Positions 18,664 to 27,865 of a stretch of DNA of 64,000 bases are shown here, one piece after another. Every line of letters starts with the position of its first letter. Position 1 is the stretch's first letter. Under the pieces are notes generated by a model. That model was not told where the DNA came from, ran no database searches, and worked only from the letters and a program-made list of their open reading frames with translations. Position numbers and translations under genes: made by a program. This stretch comes from Myxococcota bacterium (GTDB lineage: Bacteria > Myxococcota_A > UBA9160 > SZUA-336): NCBI GenBank assembly GCA_035498015.1, contig DATKAO010000090.1, positions 4,827 through 68,826 on the forward strand, read 5' to 3'.

Positions 18664-18682
18664 GGAAGGAAGCGGTCGCCTC

Positions 18683-19489
18683 TCAGACACAGAACTCGTG
18701 GATCAGGGGCGCGACCCCCTCCGCGGCGGCGTTGTGAGTCTGTCCCGGGAGCTCGCGCAGCTTTGCGCCCGGGATCGTGTTCGCCACGGTCTCGACCGCG
18801 CGATGCATCCAGGCGGGACTCTTCCCGCCCACGCCGAGCAACGTGGGCACGCGCACCGAGCTCATCACCGAGACGAGCTCGCGCGGCAGCGGCCGGCCCG
18901 GACGGTCGCCGAGCTGCGCGAAGTCGTAGGGCAGGGTGTGCGCGACGGCCTTGAGCTTCGGCCACACGTTCGGGAGCAGCCGCATCGCGAAGATTCCGAA
19001 GGCCGGCACGCCGACCACCTTCATGAACAGCGCGACCGCGGCGCCTCGCTGGCCTCGTGCCAGCAGCGCGTCGATGCGCGAGCGATAGGAGTCGAGCAGC
19101 TCGACGTCGAAGCCGGCCTCCTCGAGCACGTACGGCGGCTCGAACATCACGAGCCTGCGCACGCCGGCGCCGGCGGCGGCCGCGCGCATGGCCAGCGCTG
19201 CGCCCGACGAAGCGCCGTACACGTGCGCGGAGCCGCCGAGCGCATCGATCAGCGCGGCCAGGTCCTCGACCTCGCGGCCCACGGAGTAGGGCGCGGTGTC
19301 TCTGCTGTCGCCGCGCCCGCGGCGGTCGTAGTGCAGCACCGTGAAGTGCGGGGCGAGCAGCGCGGCGAGCTTCGCCATCGGGCCGAAGCTGCGCCGGCAC
19401 AGCGCGCCGTCGCAGAGGACGAGCGGGGGGCCGTTGCCCTGGCGCTCGAAGGCGATCCGGGTTCCGTCCGCGGAGATCACGGTGTCCAT
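18683..19489 (-). CDS. Alpha/beta hydrolase
   Basis: HYDRRGRGDS, YGASSG nucleophile elbow and LPGQTH. Confidence 0.9.
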   Translation of the reverse strand: MDTVISADGTRIAFERQGNGPPLVLCDGALCRRSFGPMAKLAALLAPHFTVLHYDRRGRGDSRDTAPYSVGREVEDLAALIDALGGSAHVYGASSGAALAMRAAAAGAGVRRLVMFEPPYVLEEAGFDVELLDSYRSRIDALLARGQRGAAVALFMKVVGVPAFGIFAMRLLPNVWPKLKAVAHTLPYDFAQLGDRPGRPLPRELVSVMSSVRVPTLLGVGGKSPAWMHRAVETVANTIPGAKLRELPGQTHNAAAEGVAPLIHEFCV

Positions 19490-19544
19490 GGCCAGTCCTC
19501 CTCGGCCAGAGGACGGATCAGCCGGCCCCGATCCGACAGGCGCG

Positions 19545-20750
19545 CTAGCTGTTGCCCGAGATCAGCACGCCCTGGGATTCGAGCGCCGAGATCCGCCGCG
19601 CATCGAGCCCGAGTCTCTCGCGCAGGACCTGCGCGTTGTGCTCGCCCAGCAGCGGCGCGCGCAGATCCGGGAGCCGCGGCATCGCGCCGAACTTGAAGGG
19701 GAAGCCCGGGATCGTGACCGGGCCCGCCACCGGATCGGGCACGCGCCGCACCATCTCGCGCGCGGTGAAGTACGGGTGAGTCACCGTCTCCTTCACGGTC
19801 AGGACCGGCGCCGCCGCGACGCGGTGCTTCTCGAACACCGCCAGCGCGGCATCCGTCGTGCCCTGGGCCGCGAGCCAGCGCTCGATGATCGCGGTGAGCT
19901 CGAGCTTGTTCGCGCCGCGCGCGGCGCCGGTCGCGAAACGCGGGTCGTTCACGAGCTCGGGCCGCTCGATCGCGCGGCAGAAGCTCTCCCACTGGCGGTC
20001 GAGCACGAGCAACACGATCCAGCCCTGCGGCGTCTCGTACACACCCATCGGCCCCGCCATTCCGTGCTGCCCGCCGTGGCGCGTGGGCTCGAGTGAGCCG
20101 TCGCTGTTGGCGTAGAACTGCACGTTGCCCTCGTGACAGTGGTAGAGCGCGTCGACCATCGACACGTCGATGTATTGCCCCTGGCCCGTGCGCTCGCGGT
20201 GGAACAGCGCGTAGCCGATCGCGCCGAACGCGTGCACGCCGCTCTGCACGTCGGCGATCGCGAGCCCGACCCACATGGGCGGGCCGGCCGGGTCGCCGGT
20301 CATGGACATGAGCCCCGAGAACGCCTGTGCGATCAGGTCGAAGCCCACCTTGTGCGCGAGCGGACCGGTGCGGCCGAAGGCCGAGATCGAGGCCATGACC
20401 AGCCTCGGGTTGCGTTTGCAGAGTGACTCGTACGAGATGCCGCGCTTCTCGAGCACACCGGGGCCGTAGTTCTCGACCACCACGTCGGCGCCCGCCGCGA
20501 GCTCGACCAGGAGCTCCGCGCCCTCGGGCTTCGAGAAGTCGACACACAGGCTCTTCTTGCCCCGGTTCTGCTGCACGAAGTACAGGCTGCGCTCGCCCTT
20601 GCGCAGCGGCAGCAGGCGCGACGGATCGCCGCCGGGCGCCTGCTCGACCTTGACCACGTCGGCGCCCATCTCGGCCATGAGCCGTGTGACGGTCGGCCCC
20701 GCGAGATACTGCGTGAAGTCCACGACCCGGATCCCGGAAAGCATCGACAT
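19545..20750 (-). CDS. CaiB/BaiF family III CoA transferase
   Basis: GIRVVDFTQYLAGP, NRGKKS, DVVVENYGPG and APLLGEHN. Confidence 0.95.
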   Translation of the reverse strand: MSMLSGIRVVDFTQYLAGPTVTRLMAEMGADVVKVEQAPGGDPSRLLPLRKGERSLYFVQQNRGKKSLCVDFSKPEGAELLVELAAGADVVVENYGPGVLEKRGISYESLCKRNPRLVMASISAFGRTGPLAHKVGFDLIAQAFSGLMSMTGDPAGPPMWVGLAIADVQSGVHAFGAIGYALFHRERTGQGQYIDVSMVDALYHCHEGNVQFYANSDGSLEPTRHGGQHGMAGPMGVYETPQGWIVLLVLDRQWESFCRAIERPELVNDPRFATGAARGANKLELTAIIERWLAAQGTTDAALAVFEKHRVAAAPVLTVKETVTHPYFTAREMVRRVPDPVAGPVTIPGFPFKFGAMPRLPDLRAPLLGEHNAQVLRERLGLDARRISALESQGVLISGNS

Positions 20751-20840
20751 CGGCGTCCTCCCTGGCCACGCTCCGGCACGCACGCGCGCCCGGCGGTAGC
20801 ATGCACCGACCGGCATCGAAAAATCGAAGGAGCCTCCCCA

Positions 20841-21275
20841 ATGGCAGAGCCCGCGCTCCCCCCCGCGTTGCCTGGCTGGATCGCCGACCACTTGAAGCGC
20901 TACCAGGCCACGAACGGCGCCGACGGCCACATCTGGAACGGCGTGCCCACTCTGTTGCTCACCACGAAGGGCCGCAAGAGCGGCGAAGCGCGCACGCTGC
21001 CGCTGATCTACGGCCGCGACGGCGAGCGCTACGTGATCGTCGCCTCGCGCGGCGGCGCGCCGGATCACCCGGACTGGTACAAGAATCTGGTCGCGACTCC
21101 GACGGTCGGTCTGCAGGTCGCGGCCGACAGGTTCCAGGCGCGCGCCTCGACCGCCAAGGGCGCCGACCGCAAGCGCCTGTGGCAGGTCATGACCAAGCTC
21201 TGGCCCGCCTACGACGAGTACCAGACCAAGACCCAGCGCGAGATCCCGGTCGTGGTGCTGGAGCGCGCGAAGTGA
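20841..21275 (+). CDS. Nitroreductase family deazaflavin(F420)-dependent oxidoreductase (Ddn-like)
   Basis: LLLTTKGRKSGEARTLPL, VASRGGAPDHPDWYKNL and YQTKTQREIPVVVL. Confidence 0.9.
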   Translation: MAEPALPPALPGWIADHLKRYQATNGADGHIWNGVPTLLLTTKGRKSGEARTLPLIYGRDGERYVIVASRGGAPDHPDWYKNLVATPTVGLQVAADRFQARASTAKGADRKRLWQVMTKLWPAYDEYQTKTQREIPVVVLERAK

Positions 21276-21282
21276 CTCGCGC

Positions 21283-22164
21283 GTGACCCGTCCGGCGCTC
21301 GGCGGCGCCGGCTGGCGGACGCTGTTCGCGCCCGCGAAGACCGGCTGCTACGTGAACGACCACTGCGTGGTCCGCGCGCACGACGGGCGCTGGCACGTGT
21401 TCGGCATCACGAAGGAGACACCCGAGGTGGACCCGCAGCGCGAGCGCTGGTTCTGCCACGGCTCGGGCGAGTCACTGGCCGCGGGCGGCTTCCGCGAGCA
21501 CGCGCGCGTGTGCGACTTCGGGCCGCGCGCCTGGGCGCCCGCGGTGGCCTTCGACGGCCAGCGCTGGATCATGCTGTACGGCCCCGACCTGCTGCGCGCG
21601 GCGATCTGCGACGACCCCCGGCTGTCGAGCTGGCATGAGGCGCCCTGCTCGCTCCGCGGTGCCCCGCTGGGCGCGGTGCTGCGCGACGGCATGATCTTCC
21701 GGCTCGACGGCGACAGCTGGCTGCTCTACGCCACGGGCAAGCGCGGGCACGAGAGCGCGGTCTCGGTGTGTGTCTCGGAGAACCTGCTCGACTGGCGCTT
21801 CGTGCGCTTCGCGCTGCGCACCGCGCCCGAGGCGCCCAAGCAGCCGCCCTGGGCCGCGACCGAGTCACCGTTCGTGTTCCGGCACGACGGCGCGTACTGG
21901 CTCTCGATCACCTACACCGCGACCGCGCGCGACCCGGCCGAGTACCACGAGACGGTGCTGTTCCGCTCGAACGATCCCTTCGACTTCGGGACCTGGAGCG
22001 GCGACCCGGCCCAGCTCGCGGGCCGGCTCGAGGCGCACGCGCCCGAGTATCTGGTCGACGGCGACGGCCGCTGGTGGGTCACGAGCGCCGGCTGGGTGGG
22101 TGAGCGCTTCGGCACCGTCATTCCGGGCGCCGTGGCGATCCGCGAGCTCGACTGGCTGGAGTGA
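21283..22164 (+). CDS. Five-bladed beta-propeller glycoside hydrolase (GH32/GH43-like)
   Basis: YVNDH, WAPAV, RDGMI, TESPFV and HAPE motifs. Confidence 0.7.
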   Translation: MTRPALGGAGWRTLFAPAKTGCYVNDHCVVRAHDGRWHVFGITKETPEVDPQRERWFCHGSGESLAAGGFREHARVCDFGPRAWAPAVAFDGQRWIMLYGPDLLRAAICDDPRLSSWHEAPCSLRGAPLGAVLRDGMIFRLDGDSWLLYATGKRGHESAVSVCVSENLLDWRFVRFALRTAPEAPKQPPWAATESPFVFRHDGAYWLSITYTATARDPAEYHETVLFRSNDPFDFGTWSGDPAQLAGRLEAHAPEYLVDGDGRWWVTSAGWVGERFGTVIPGAVAIRELDWLE

Positions 22165-22677
22165 TCAGGGCGGATCGAGCCCGAGCGGGAGCTGGCTCTC
22201 GCGCTCGTCGACCGCGAGCGGCAGCGCGCGCAGCAGCGTGACCCACTCGTCGGGCAGGCCGTGGTGGCGCGCGCCCGCGAGCAAGAGACCGAGATAGCGG
22301 CGCGACGGCTTGCGGTCCTCGCGGCCGCGCTGCGAATGGTAGGTGAAGGCGTTCACCGCCCCGCCCGCGAGGTCGCGCACCTCGACTCCGAGCCGCACGT
22401 ACGCGCCGTGCTGGACGCCCTCGCTGCGGTCCAGCCGGTCGGCGTCTTCGGAGGTGAGCCGGTACACCACGCCCCAGACGCCCGAGCCCGCGAGCGGGAC
22501 CACGTTGGCCACGCCGCGCTCGCCCGGCCCCACCGGCAGGTCGAAGCGCAGCGCGAAGCCCTCGAGCCGCCCCACGCGTGTCTCGAGCGGCTGCATGCGC
22601 CGGCGGCCGAGAAAAGTGCCGGGGTCGAGATTGCTTCCGTACGCGAAGTACCAGAGGGTCTCGTCCATGTCCGCCAT
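22165..22677 (-). CDS. Gamma-glutamylcyclotransferase family protein
   Basis: YFAYGSNL, VWGVVY, LDRSEG and PSRRYL. Confidence 0.9.
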   Translation of the reverse strand: MADMDETLWYFAYGSNLDPGTFLGRRRMQPLETRVGRLEGFALRFDLPVGPGERGVANVVPLAGSGVWGVVYRLTSEDADRLDRSEGVQHGAYVRLGVEVRDLAGGAVNAFTYHSQRGREDRKPSRRYLGLLLAGARHHGLPDEWVTLLRALPLAVDERESQLPLGLDPP

Positions 22678-22737
22678 CGAGAGTCCGATGTCGGCCGGCG
22701 CCCCGGCGATTCGTCTACCGTAGGGAGGAGCCTGCCC

Positions 22738-23928
22738 ATGCCCCAGCTCTCGAGCGGCGGCCTCGCGCGCCTGCACGAGGCACTGGCGAATCACGTGGCG
22801 AGCGGGGCGGTGCCCGGTCTGGTCGCGGGAGTGAGTCGGCGCGGCGAGACGCACGTCCTCGTGCTGGACGCGCAGTCGCTGGGCGGCCCGCCGATGCGCC
22901 GCGACTCGATCTTCCGCATCGCCTCGATGACCAAGCCGATCGCGGCTGCCGCGGTCATGATCCTGGTCGAGGACTGCGTGCTGCGGCTCGACGACCCGGT
23001 CGACGGGCTCCTGCCCGAGCTCGCGAGCCGGCGCGTGCTGCGGGCGCTCGAGTCCCCCGTCGACGACACCGTGCCCGCGCGGCGCCCGATCACGCTGCGC
23101 GACCTGCTCACCTTCCGCAGCGGTCACGGCCTGTTGATGGCGCCGCGGGGCACCTACCCGATCCAGGGCGCGATCGAGAGCGCCGGGCTCTCGCCCGGAC
23201 CGGACTCGCTGCCGATGACTCCCGACGAGTTCATGAAGCGCATCGGCAGTCTGCCGCTCGTGGCGCAGCCCGGTGAGCGCTGGCTGTACCACACCGGCTC
23301 CGAGGTGCTCGGTGTGCTGGTGGCGCGGGCCTCGGGTCAGTCGTTCGGCGCGTTCCTGGCCGAGCGCATCTTCGAGCCGCTGGGCATGACCGATACGGGC
23401 TTCTGGGTGCCGGCCCAGAAGTTCGGGCGACTCACGAGCTCCTACACCAGCGGCGCGCGCGCCAACTCACTCGAGCCGGCCGACGACGCGCGCGCGAGCC
23501 GCTACGCCGCGCCGCCGCGCTTCGAGTCAGGCGGCGGCGGGCTCGTCTCGACGGTCGACGACTATCTGGCGTTCCTGCGCATGATGCTCGCGCACGGCAG
23601 CGGCAACGGGCGGCGCATCCTGTCTCGCGCCTCGGTCGAGCTCATGACGCGCAACCACCTGTCTCCGGCGCAGCGCGCCGCCGCGCCGTTCTTCTTCGGC
23701 GAGGGCGCGGGCTGGGGCTTCGGCATGCGCGTGTTCATGGAGCGCAGCGACGTCTGGGCCAGCCCCGGCCGCTTCGGCTGGGACGGCGGGCGCGGCACCA
23801 CCGGCCACGCGGACCCGGCCGAGGGGCTCGCCGACGTGCTGCTCACCCAGCGCCACATGGAGTCACCCCTGGCGCCGCGCACGTTCACCGACTTCTGGAC
23901 GTCGACCTATCGGGCGCTCGACGACTAG
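22738..23928 (+). CDS. Serine hydrolase (beta-lactamase class C-like)
   Basis: FRIASMTK (SxxK), QPGERWLY, GGGGLVST and FGWDGG; RBS GGAGG. Confidence 0.9.
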   Translation: MPQLSSGGLARLHEALANHVASGAVPGLVAGVSRRGETHVLVLDAQSLGGPPMRRDSIFRIASMTKPIAAAAVMILVEDCVLRLDDPVDGLLPELASRRVLRALESPVDDTVPARRPITLRDLLTFRSGHGLLMAPRGTYPIQGAIESAGLSPGPDSLPMTPDEFMKRIGSLPLVAQPGERWLYHTGSEVLGVLVARASGQSFGAFLAERIFEPLGMTDTGFWVPAQKFGRLTSSYTSGARANSLEPADDARASRYAAPPRFESGGGGLVSTVDDYLAFLRMMLAHGSGNGRRILSRASVELMTRNHLSPAQRAAAPFFFGEGAGWGFGMRVFMERSDVWASPGRFGWDGGRGTTGHADPAEGLADVLLTQRHMESPLAPRTFTDFWTSTYRALDD

Positions 23929-23938
23929 CCGCCGGCGC

Positions 23939-24484
23939 TCAGCTGCCCGGGCGCGCTTCGGCCTCGGCCAGCGTCTTCAGCGCGGCCAGGCCCTTCTCGA
24001 ACTCGCCGCCCACGACCTCGTCCATGTTCATGGCGAGCGCGAAGGCCTTGCCCAGGAAGCCGTTGTGACCCTCCATGCGCCAGGTGACTCGCGTGGTTCC
24101 CGAGCCGGCGGGCTCGAGCGTGAAGCGCGCGCTGTTCGTGGCCTGCATCGGGCGCAGGAAGTCGAGGCGCAGGCCGATCTCGGTGTCTTGCGCGGCCTCG
24201 GTCACGGTCATGCTGCCCGCGCCCATCCGGGCGCTCTCCCAGGCGGACTTCGCGCCCACGCCGGACTCGGGTCCGCTGTACACGATCGTCATCTGCGGAT
24301 CGCCCTGCGCGAACGGCGACCAGGCGTTCATCGCGCGCGGACTCACGATGTGCGGATACAGCGCCGAGGCCGGCGCCTGGATGGTCGCGCTGCGCTCGAT
24401 CACGAAGGCCGACGGCTGCAGCGCGACCACGAGCGCCAGCACCACGACCAGCGCCAGCACTCCCAGCGCGACGTACTTCAGCAT
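23939..24484 (-). CDS. SRPBCC/polyketide cyclase family protein
   Basis: IERSATIQAP, WSP, GVGAKSAW, VTWRMEG and FEKGLAALK. Confidence 0.9.
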   Translation of the reverse strand: MLKYVALGVLALVVVLALVVALQPSAFVIERSATIQAPASALYPHIVSPRAMNAWSPFAQGDPQMTIVYSGPESGVGAKSAWESARMGAGSMTVTEAAQDTEIGLRLDFLRPMQATNSARFTLEPAGSGTTRVTWRMEGHNGFLGKAFALAMNMDEVVGGEFEKGLAALKTLAEAEARPGS

Positions 24485-24494
24485 GACTCCCTCC

Positions 24495-24917
24495 TCACTT
24501 CTCGGCGAGCTTGCGGAGCTCGCGCTCCTTCTGGATCAGCTCGGGCGAGGCATGGGTGAAGTCCTCGGGCTCGAAGACCTGGCGTATCTCGATCTCGGCG
24601 TCTTCCCCGGGGTTCGGGTGCGGGCAGCGCAGCGCCAGGTCGATGGCGTCCTGGCGCGACTTCACGTTCACGATCCAGAAGCCGCCGATCAGCTCCTTGG
24701 TCTCGGCGAACGGCCCGTCGACCACGGTGCGCTTGCCGCCCTTGTTCATGCGCACGCGCGCGCCCTTCGCGCTCGGCTGCAGACCTTCGCCGGCGAGCAG
24801 GATGCCGGAGCGCACGAGCTGTTCGTTGAACGCGCCCATCTCGGCGAGCAGCTCGTTCGACGGCTGGACGCCGGCTTCGGTGTTGGGTGTGGACTTCACC
24901 ATCAGCATGAATCGCAT
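24495..24917 (-). CDS. YciI/DGPF family protein
   Basis: MRFMLMVK, GEGLQPS, VVDGPFAETKELIGGFW and IEIRQV. Confidence 0.9.
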   Translation of the reverse strand: MRFMLMVKSTPNTEAGVQPSNELLAEMGAFNEQLVRSGILLAGEGLQPSAKGARVRMNKGGKRTVVDGPFAETKELIGGFWIVNVKSRQDAIDLALRCPHPNPGEDAEIEIRQVFEPEDFTHASPELIQKERELRKLAEK

Positions 24918-25002
24918 GGCGTTCTCTCCTTGGCTCGGTTCGGGTTCGCTCCCAGGACGAACGAGCCCCGCCCGGCCCGACAATCGCTCACTCCCCGATC
25001 GC

Positions 25003-25503
25003 TCACTCCCGGTAGGACACGGCCACGATCTCGACCTCGTCGCGGCCGCGCGGCGTGGCGAGCTTCACGCTGTCACCGGCGCTGCGCCCCAAGAGCGAGC
25101 GCGCCAGGGGCGAGGTGAACGCGATCTTCCCGCGCGCGGGGTCCGCCTCGTCCACGCCCACGATCTCGTAGCGCCGCTCGCCGTCCGGCCCCGAGACGCG
25201 GACCGTGGCGCCGAAGCGGATCTCGTTCGGTGACTCGGGCGGCGGCGCGAGCTCGGCGGTCGCGATCCGGTCCTCGAGCGCGGCGCGGCGCGCGGCCAGC
25301 GCACCCAGCGCCCGCCCGCGCTCCTTCTCGTTGGGCAGCGCCGAGAGACGCGAGCGCTCCGTCTGCAGCGACTCGAGCTCCGCGCGCAGCGCCGCCAGCC
25401 CCGCGCGAGTCACGTAGTTGGGCACGCCGGCCGGCAGTGGCGGACGCGGGCGCACGATCGGCGCCTCGTCGCAGGCCTCTTCGTCGGTGAACGCCTTGCT
25501 CAA
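25003..25503 (-). CDS. GreA/GreB family transcription elongation factor-like protein
   Basis: NYVTRAG, IRFGATV and YEIVGVDEADPARGKIAFTSPLARSLLG; TTG start. Confidence 0.85.
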   Translation of the reverse strand: MSKAFTDEEACDEAPIVRPRPPLPAGVPNYVTRAGLAALRAELESLQTERSRLSALPNEKERGRALGALAARRAALEDRIATAELAPPPESPNEIRFGATVRVSGPDGERRYEIVGVDEADPARGKIAFTSPLARSLLGRSAGDSVKLATPRGRDEVEIVAVSYRE

Positions 25504-25529
25504 CCGGAAGAGGATAGACTCGCGCTCGC

Positions 25530-26762
25530 ATGCCGGGGGAAGACACGAACGGGGACGGTCGCTGGGGGGTGCTGGCCAACGTGGTGGCCATGAACTTCTT
25601 CGTCACCGGCCTGGCCTGGATCTACGTGGTGGTGCTGGTCGAGCCGATCCTGCGCGACCTCGGGCTGGCGCCCGGCGACTGGAGCACGTTGTGGTCGGGT
25701 CTCTCGGCGGGCGCGCTGCTCGGCGCCTTGCCCGCGGGCGCGCTCGGCGACCGCTTCGGCGTGCGCGGCGTGGTCAGCGCGGGCGCGCTGGCCATGGCGG
25801 CAACGCTCGCGCTACGCGCGTCGGGCGCGGGCTTCGCGAGTGTGCTCGCCGCGATGGTGCTCTACGGTGTCACGCTGTCGATCGTGAGCGCGAATCTGCC
25901 CAAGGCCCTGGGCATGTGGTTCCCGGCCGAGCGGCTGGGTCTGGCGAACGGCATCGCGCTGTGCGGGAACGGCGGCGGGCAGGGGCTCGCGACCTGGGCC
26001 GCGCCGCTCGCGCTCGGCTCGTTCGGCGGCTGGCGTGGGCTGACCTGGTGGGTCGCCGGGGCGGTGACCGTGCTCGCGCTCTTGTGGGGCGTGACGGTGC
26101 GCGACCGCGGCGCAGCGGGCGCGCCGAGTGACTCGGCGGGCCTGCTGGCCGGGCTGGGCCAGGTCCTGCGCATCCGCGAGGTGTGGCTCGTGGCGACCAG
26201 CTACTTCTTCTTCCTGGCCGGGTATCTCGGCGTGGTGTCGTTCCTGCCGGGGTATCTCGTGTCGGCGCGCGGACTCTCGGCTTCCGAGGCGGGCGCGGTG
26301 CTCACGATCGTGCTGGTGTCGTACGTGGTCGGCAGCCTGATCCTCCCGGGTCTCTCGGACAGGATCGGGCTGCGCCGCGCCGTCTACGTGCCGGGGATCC
26401 TGATCGCGGGCGCGATGGTCTGGGCCTCGAGCGCGGTCGCGGGTATGCCGCTGGTCGCGGTCGCCGTGATCTGGGGCTTCGCCGCGGGGGCGATCGCGCT
26501 CGTGTTCGCGGTGCCACTCGAGCTGTCTCGGGTGGGCCCGGCGCTCGCGGGCTCGGCGATCGGCGCCACGCTGATGGCGGGCTTCTTCGGCGGCTTCGTC
26601 TCACCGAAGCTCGGCGCGTGGCTCGCGGAGCGGAGCCCGAGCGCGGCCTTCCTGTTCTGGGCGGCCTGTTACGGGGCGTCGGCGCTGTGTTTCGCGCTGC
26701 TGCCCGAGACGGGTCCACGAGCGCGCGTGGCGGCTGCGCTGGAGAGAGGAGCCAAGGCATGA
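25530..26762 (+). CDS. MFS transporter
   Basis: GALGDRFGVR and GLSDRIGLRR MFS signatures, about 12 TM helices. Confidence 0.9.
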   Translation: MPGEDTNGDGRWGVLANVVAMNFFVTGLAWIYVVVLVEPILRDLGLAPGDWSTLWSGLSAGALLGALPAGALGDRFGVRGVVSAGALAMAATLALRASGAGFASVLAAMVLYGVTLSIVSANLPKALGMWFPAERLGLANGIALCGNGGGQGLATWAAPLALGSFGGWRGLTWWVAGAVTVLALLWGVTVRDRGAAGAPSDSAGLLAGLGQVLRIREVWLVATSYFFFLAGYLGVVSFLPGYLVSARGLSASEAGAVLTIVLVSYVVGSLILPGLSDRIGLRRAVYVPGILIAGAMVWASSAVAGMPLVAVAVIWGFAAGAIALVFAVPLELSRVGPALAGSAIGATLMAGFFGGFVSPKLGAWLAERSPSAAFLFWAACYGASALCFALLPETGPRARVAAALERGAKA

Positions 26763-27586
26763 GTCTCTGGAAGGTCGAGCGCGACTCGCTAGGCGTGGTG
26801 GTCGCGACGTACACGAACCCCCCGATGAACTACTTCTGCGCGCAGGGCACGCAGGAGCTCGGCGCGCTGATCCAGACCTGGGCGGACCCGGCCGTGCGCG
26901 CGGTGGTGCTCACGGGCGGCATGAGCGGGAAGTTCATCACTCACTACAGCGTCGAGGAGCTCGCGGCGCTGGCGGCCGACCACGCCACCATGAAGGCGCT
27001 CGGCCTGGGCCTGAACCACGGCTACCACGAGCTCTTGCGCTCGCTGCGCGACCTGCCCAAGCCGATCCTGGTGGCGATGAACGGAGACACCATGGGCGGC
27101 GGCTTCGAGCTCTCGCTCTCGTGCGACATCCGGATCGCGTCGGCGGGTGACCACCGGATCGGCCTGCCGGAAGTCACGTTGGGGATCCTGCCCGGCGGCA
27201 GTGGCACGCAGCGGCTGTCGCGCCTCTTGGGTGCGAGCCGCGCGATCGACTTCATCCTGCGCGGGCGCATCTGCCGGCCCGAGGAGGCGCTGGCGCTCGG
27301 GCTCGTGCACGAGGTCGCGCCCGACGCGCTGGCGCGGGCCCGCGCGCTGGCGGCCGACCTGGCGCAGCTCTCGCCGGTCGCGATCGCCGAGATCAAGCGC
27401 GCGGTGTACCGCGGCTCGGACGCGCCGCTCGACGCGGGGCTCACGCTGGAGAGCGAGTCGTTCATGGCCACGATGTTCTCGGCCGAGGGTCTGGCCACCA
27501 TGCGCGAGTATGTCGCGCTGCCGCTCGAGAAGCGGCGCGACTGGCTCGAGCGCCGCGGCGCGCTCGCCCACCCGCGGCCGCGCTAG
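26759..27586 (+). CDS. Enoyl-CoA hydratase/isomerase family protein
   Basis: PKPILVAMNGDTMGGGFELSLSCDIR and GLPEVTLGILPGGSGTQRL. Confidence 0.9.
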   Translation: MSLWKVERDSLGVVVATYTNPPMNYFCAQGTQELGALIQTWADPAVRAVVLTGGMSGKFITHYSVEELAALAADHATMKALGLGLNHGYHELLRSLRDLPKPILVAMNGDTMGGGFELSLSCDIRIASAGDHRIGLPEVTLGILPGGSGTQRLSRLLGASRAIDFILRGRICRPEEALALGLVHEVAPDALARARALAADLAQLSPVAIAEIKRAVYRGSDAPLDAGLTLESESFMATMFSAEGLATMREYVALPLEKRRDWLERRGALAHPRPR

Positions 27587-27628
27587 CAGGCGGCTTCAGT
27601 CCCGGGCCCATCCGGTCGAATCACGGGC

Positions 27629-27865
27629 ATGCGCAAGCTGTGTCTCGTGGGTCTCTTGTGTCTGCTGGGCGGCGGCCAGGCTCCCGGGAGTGTCTCGCCG
27701 GGAGGGGCAAGGCCCGCGCTCGCCGGCCGCTGCGGCGACGCTTGGCTCGAGGCCGACGCCGGGCGCAGCGGCTGCTGCTCGCACCACCAGGGCGTGTGCG
27801 GCTGCAAGAACGGCCACGCGCTGTGCTGCGACGGAGTGCAGAGCCCGACCTGCGGCTGCGACTAG
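27629..27865 (+). CDS. Small secreted Cys/His-rich protein
   Basis: N-terminal hydrophobic signal; C-terminal GCCSHHQGVCGC...LCCDG...SPTCGC. Confidence 0.65.
   Translation: MRKLCLVGLLCLLGGGQAPGSVSPGGARPALAGRCGDAWLEADAGRSGCCSHHQGVCGCKNGHALCCDGVQSPTCGCD

Noticed and set aside
24983-25010. 13-bp direct repeat ATCGCTCACTCCC (x2, 15-bp period) duplicating the GreA/B-like stop context
   Set aside because: Most simply a slippage duplication; no evidence of function, although it contains the TCACTC word related to the iterated motif.
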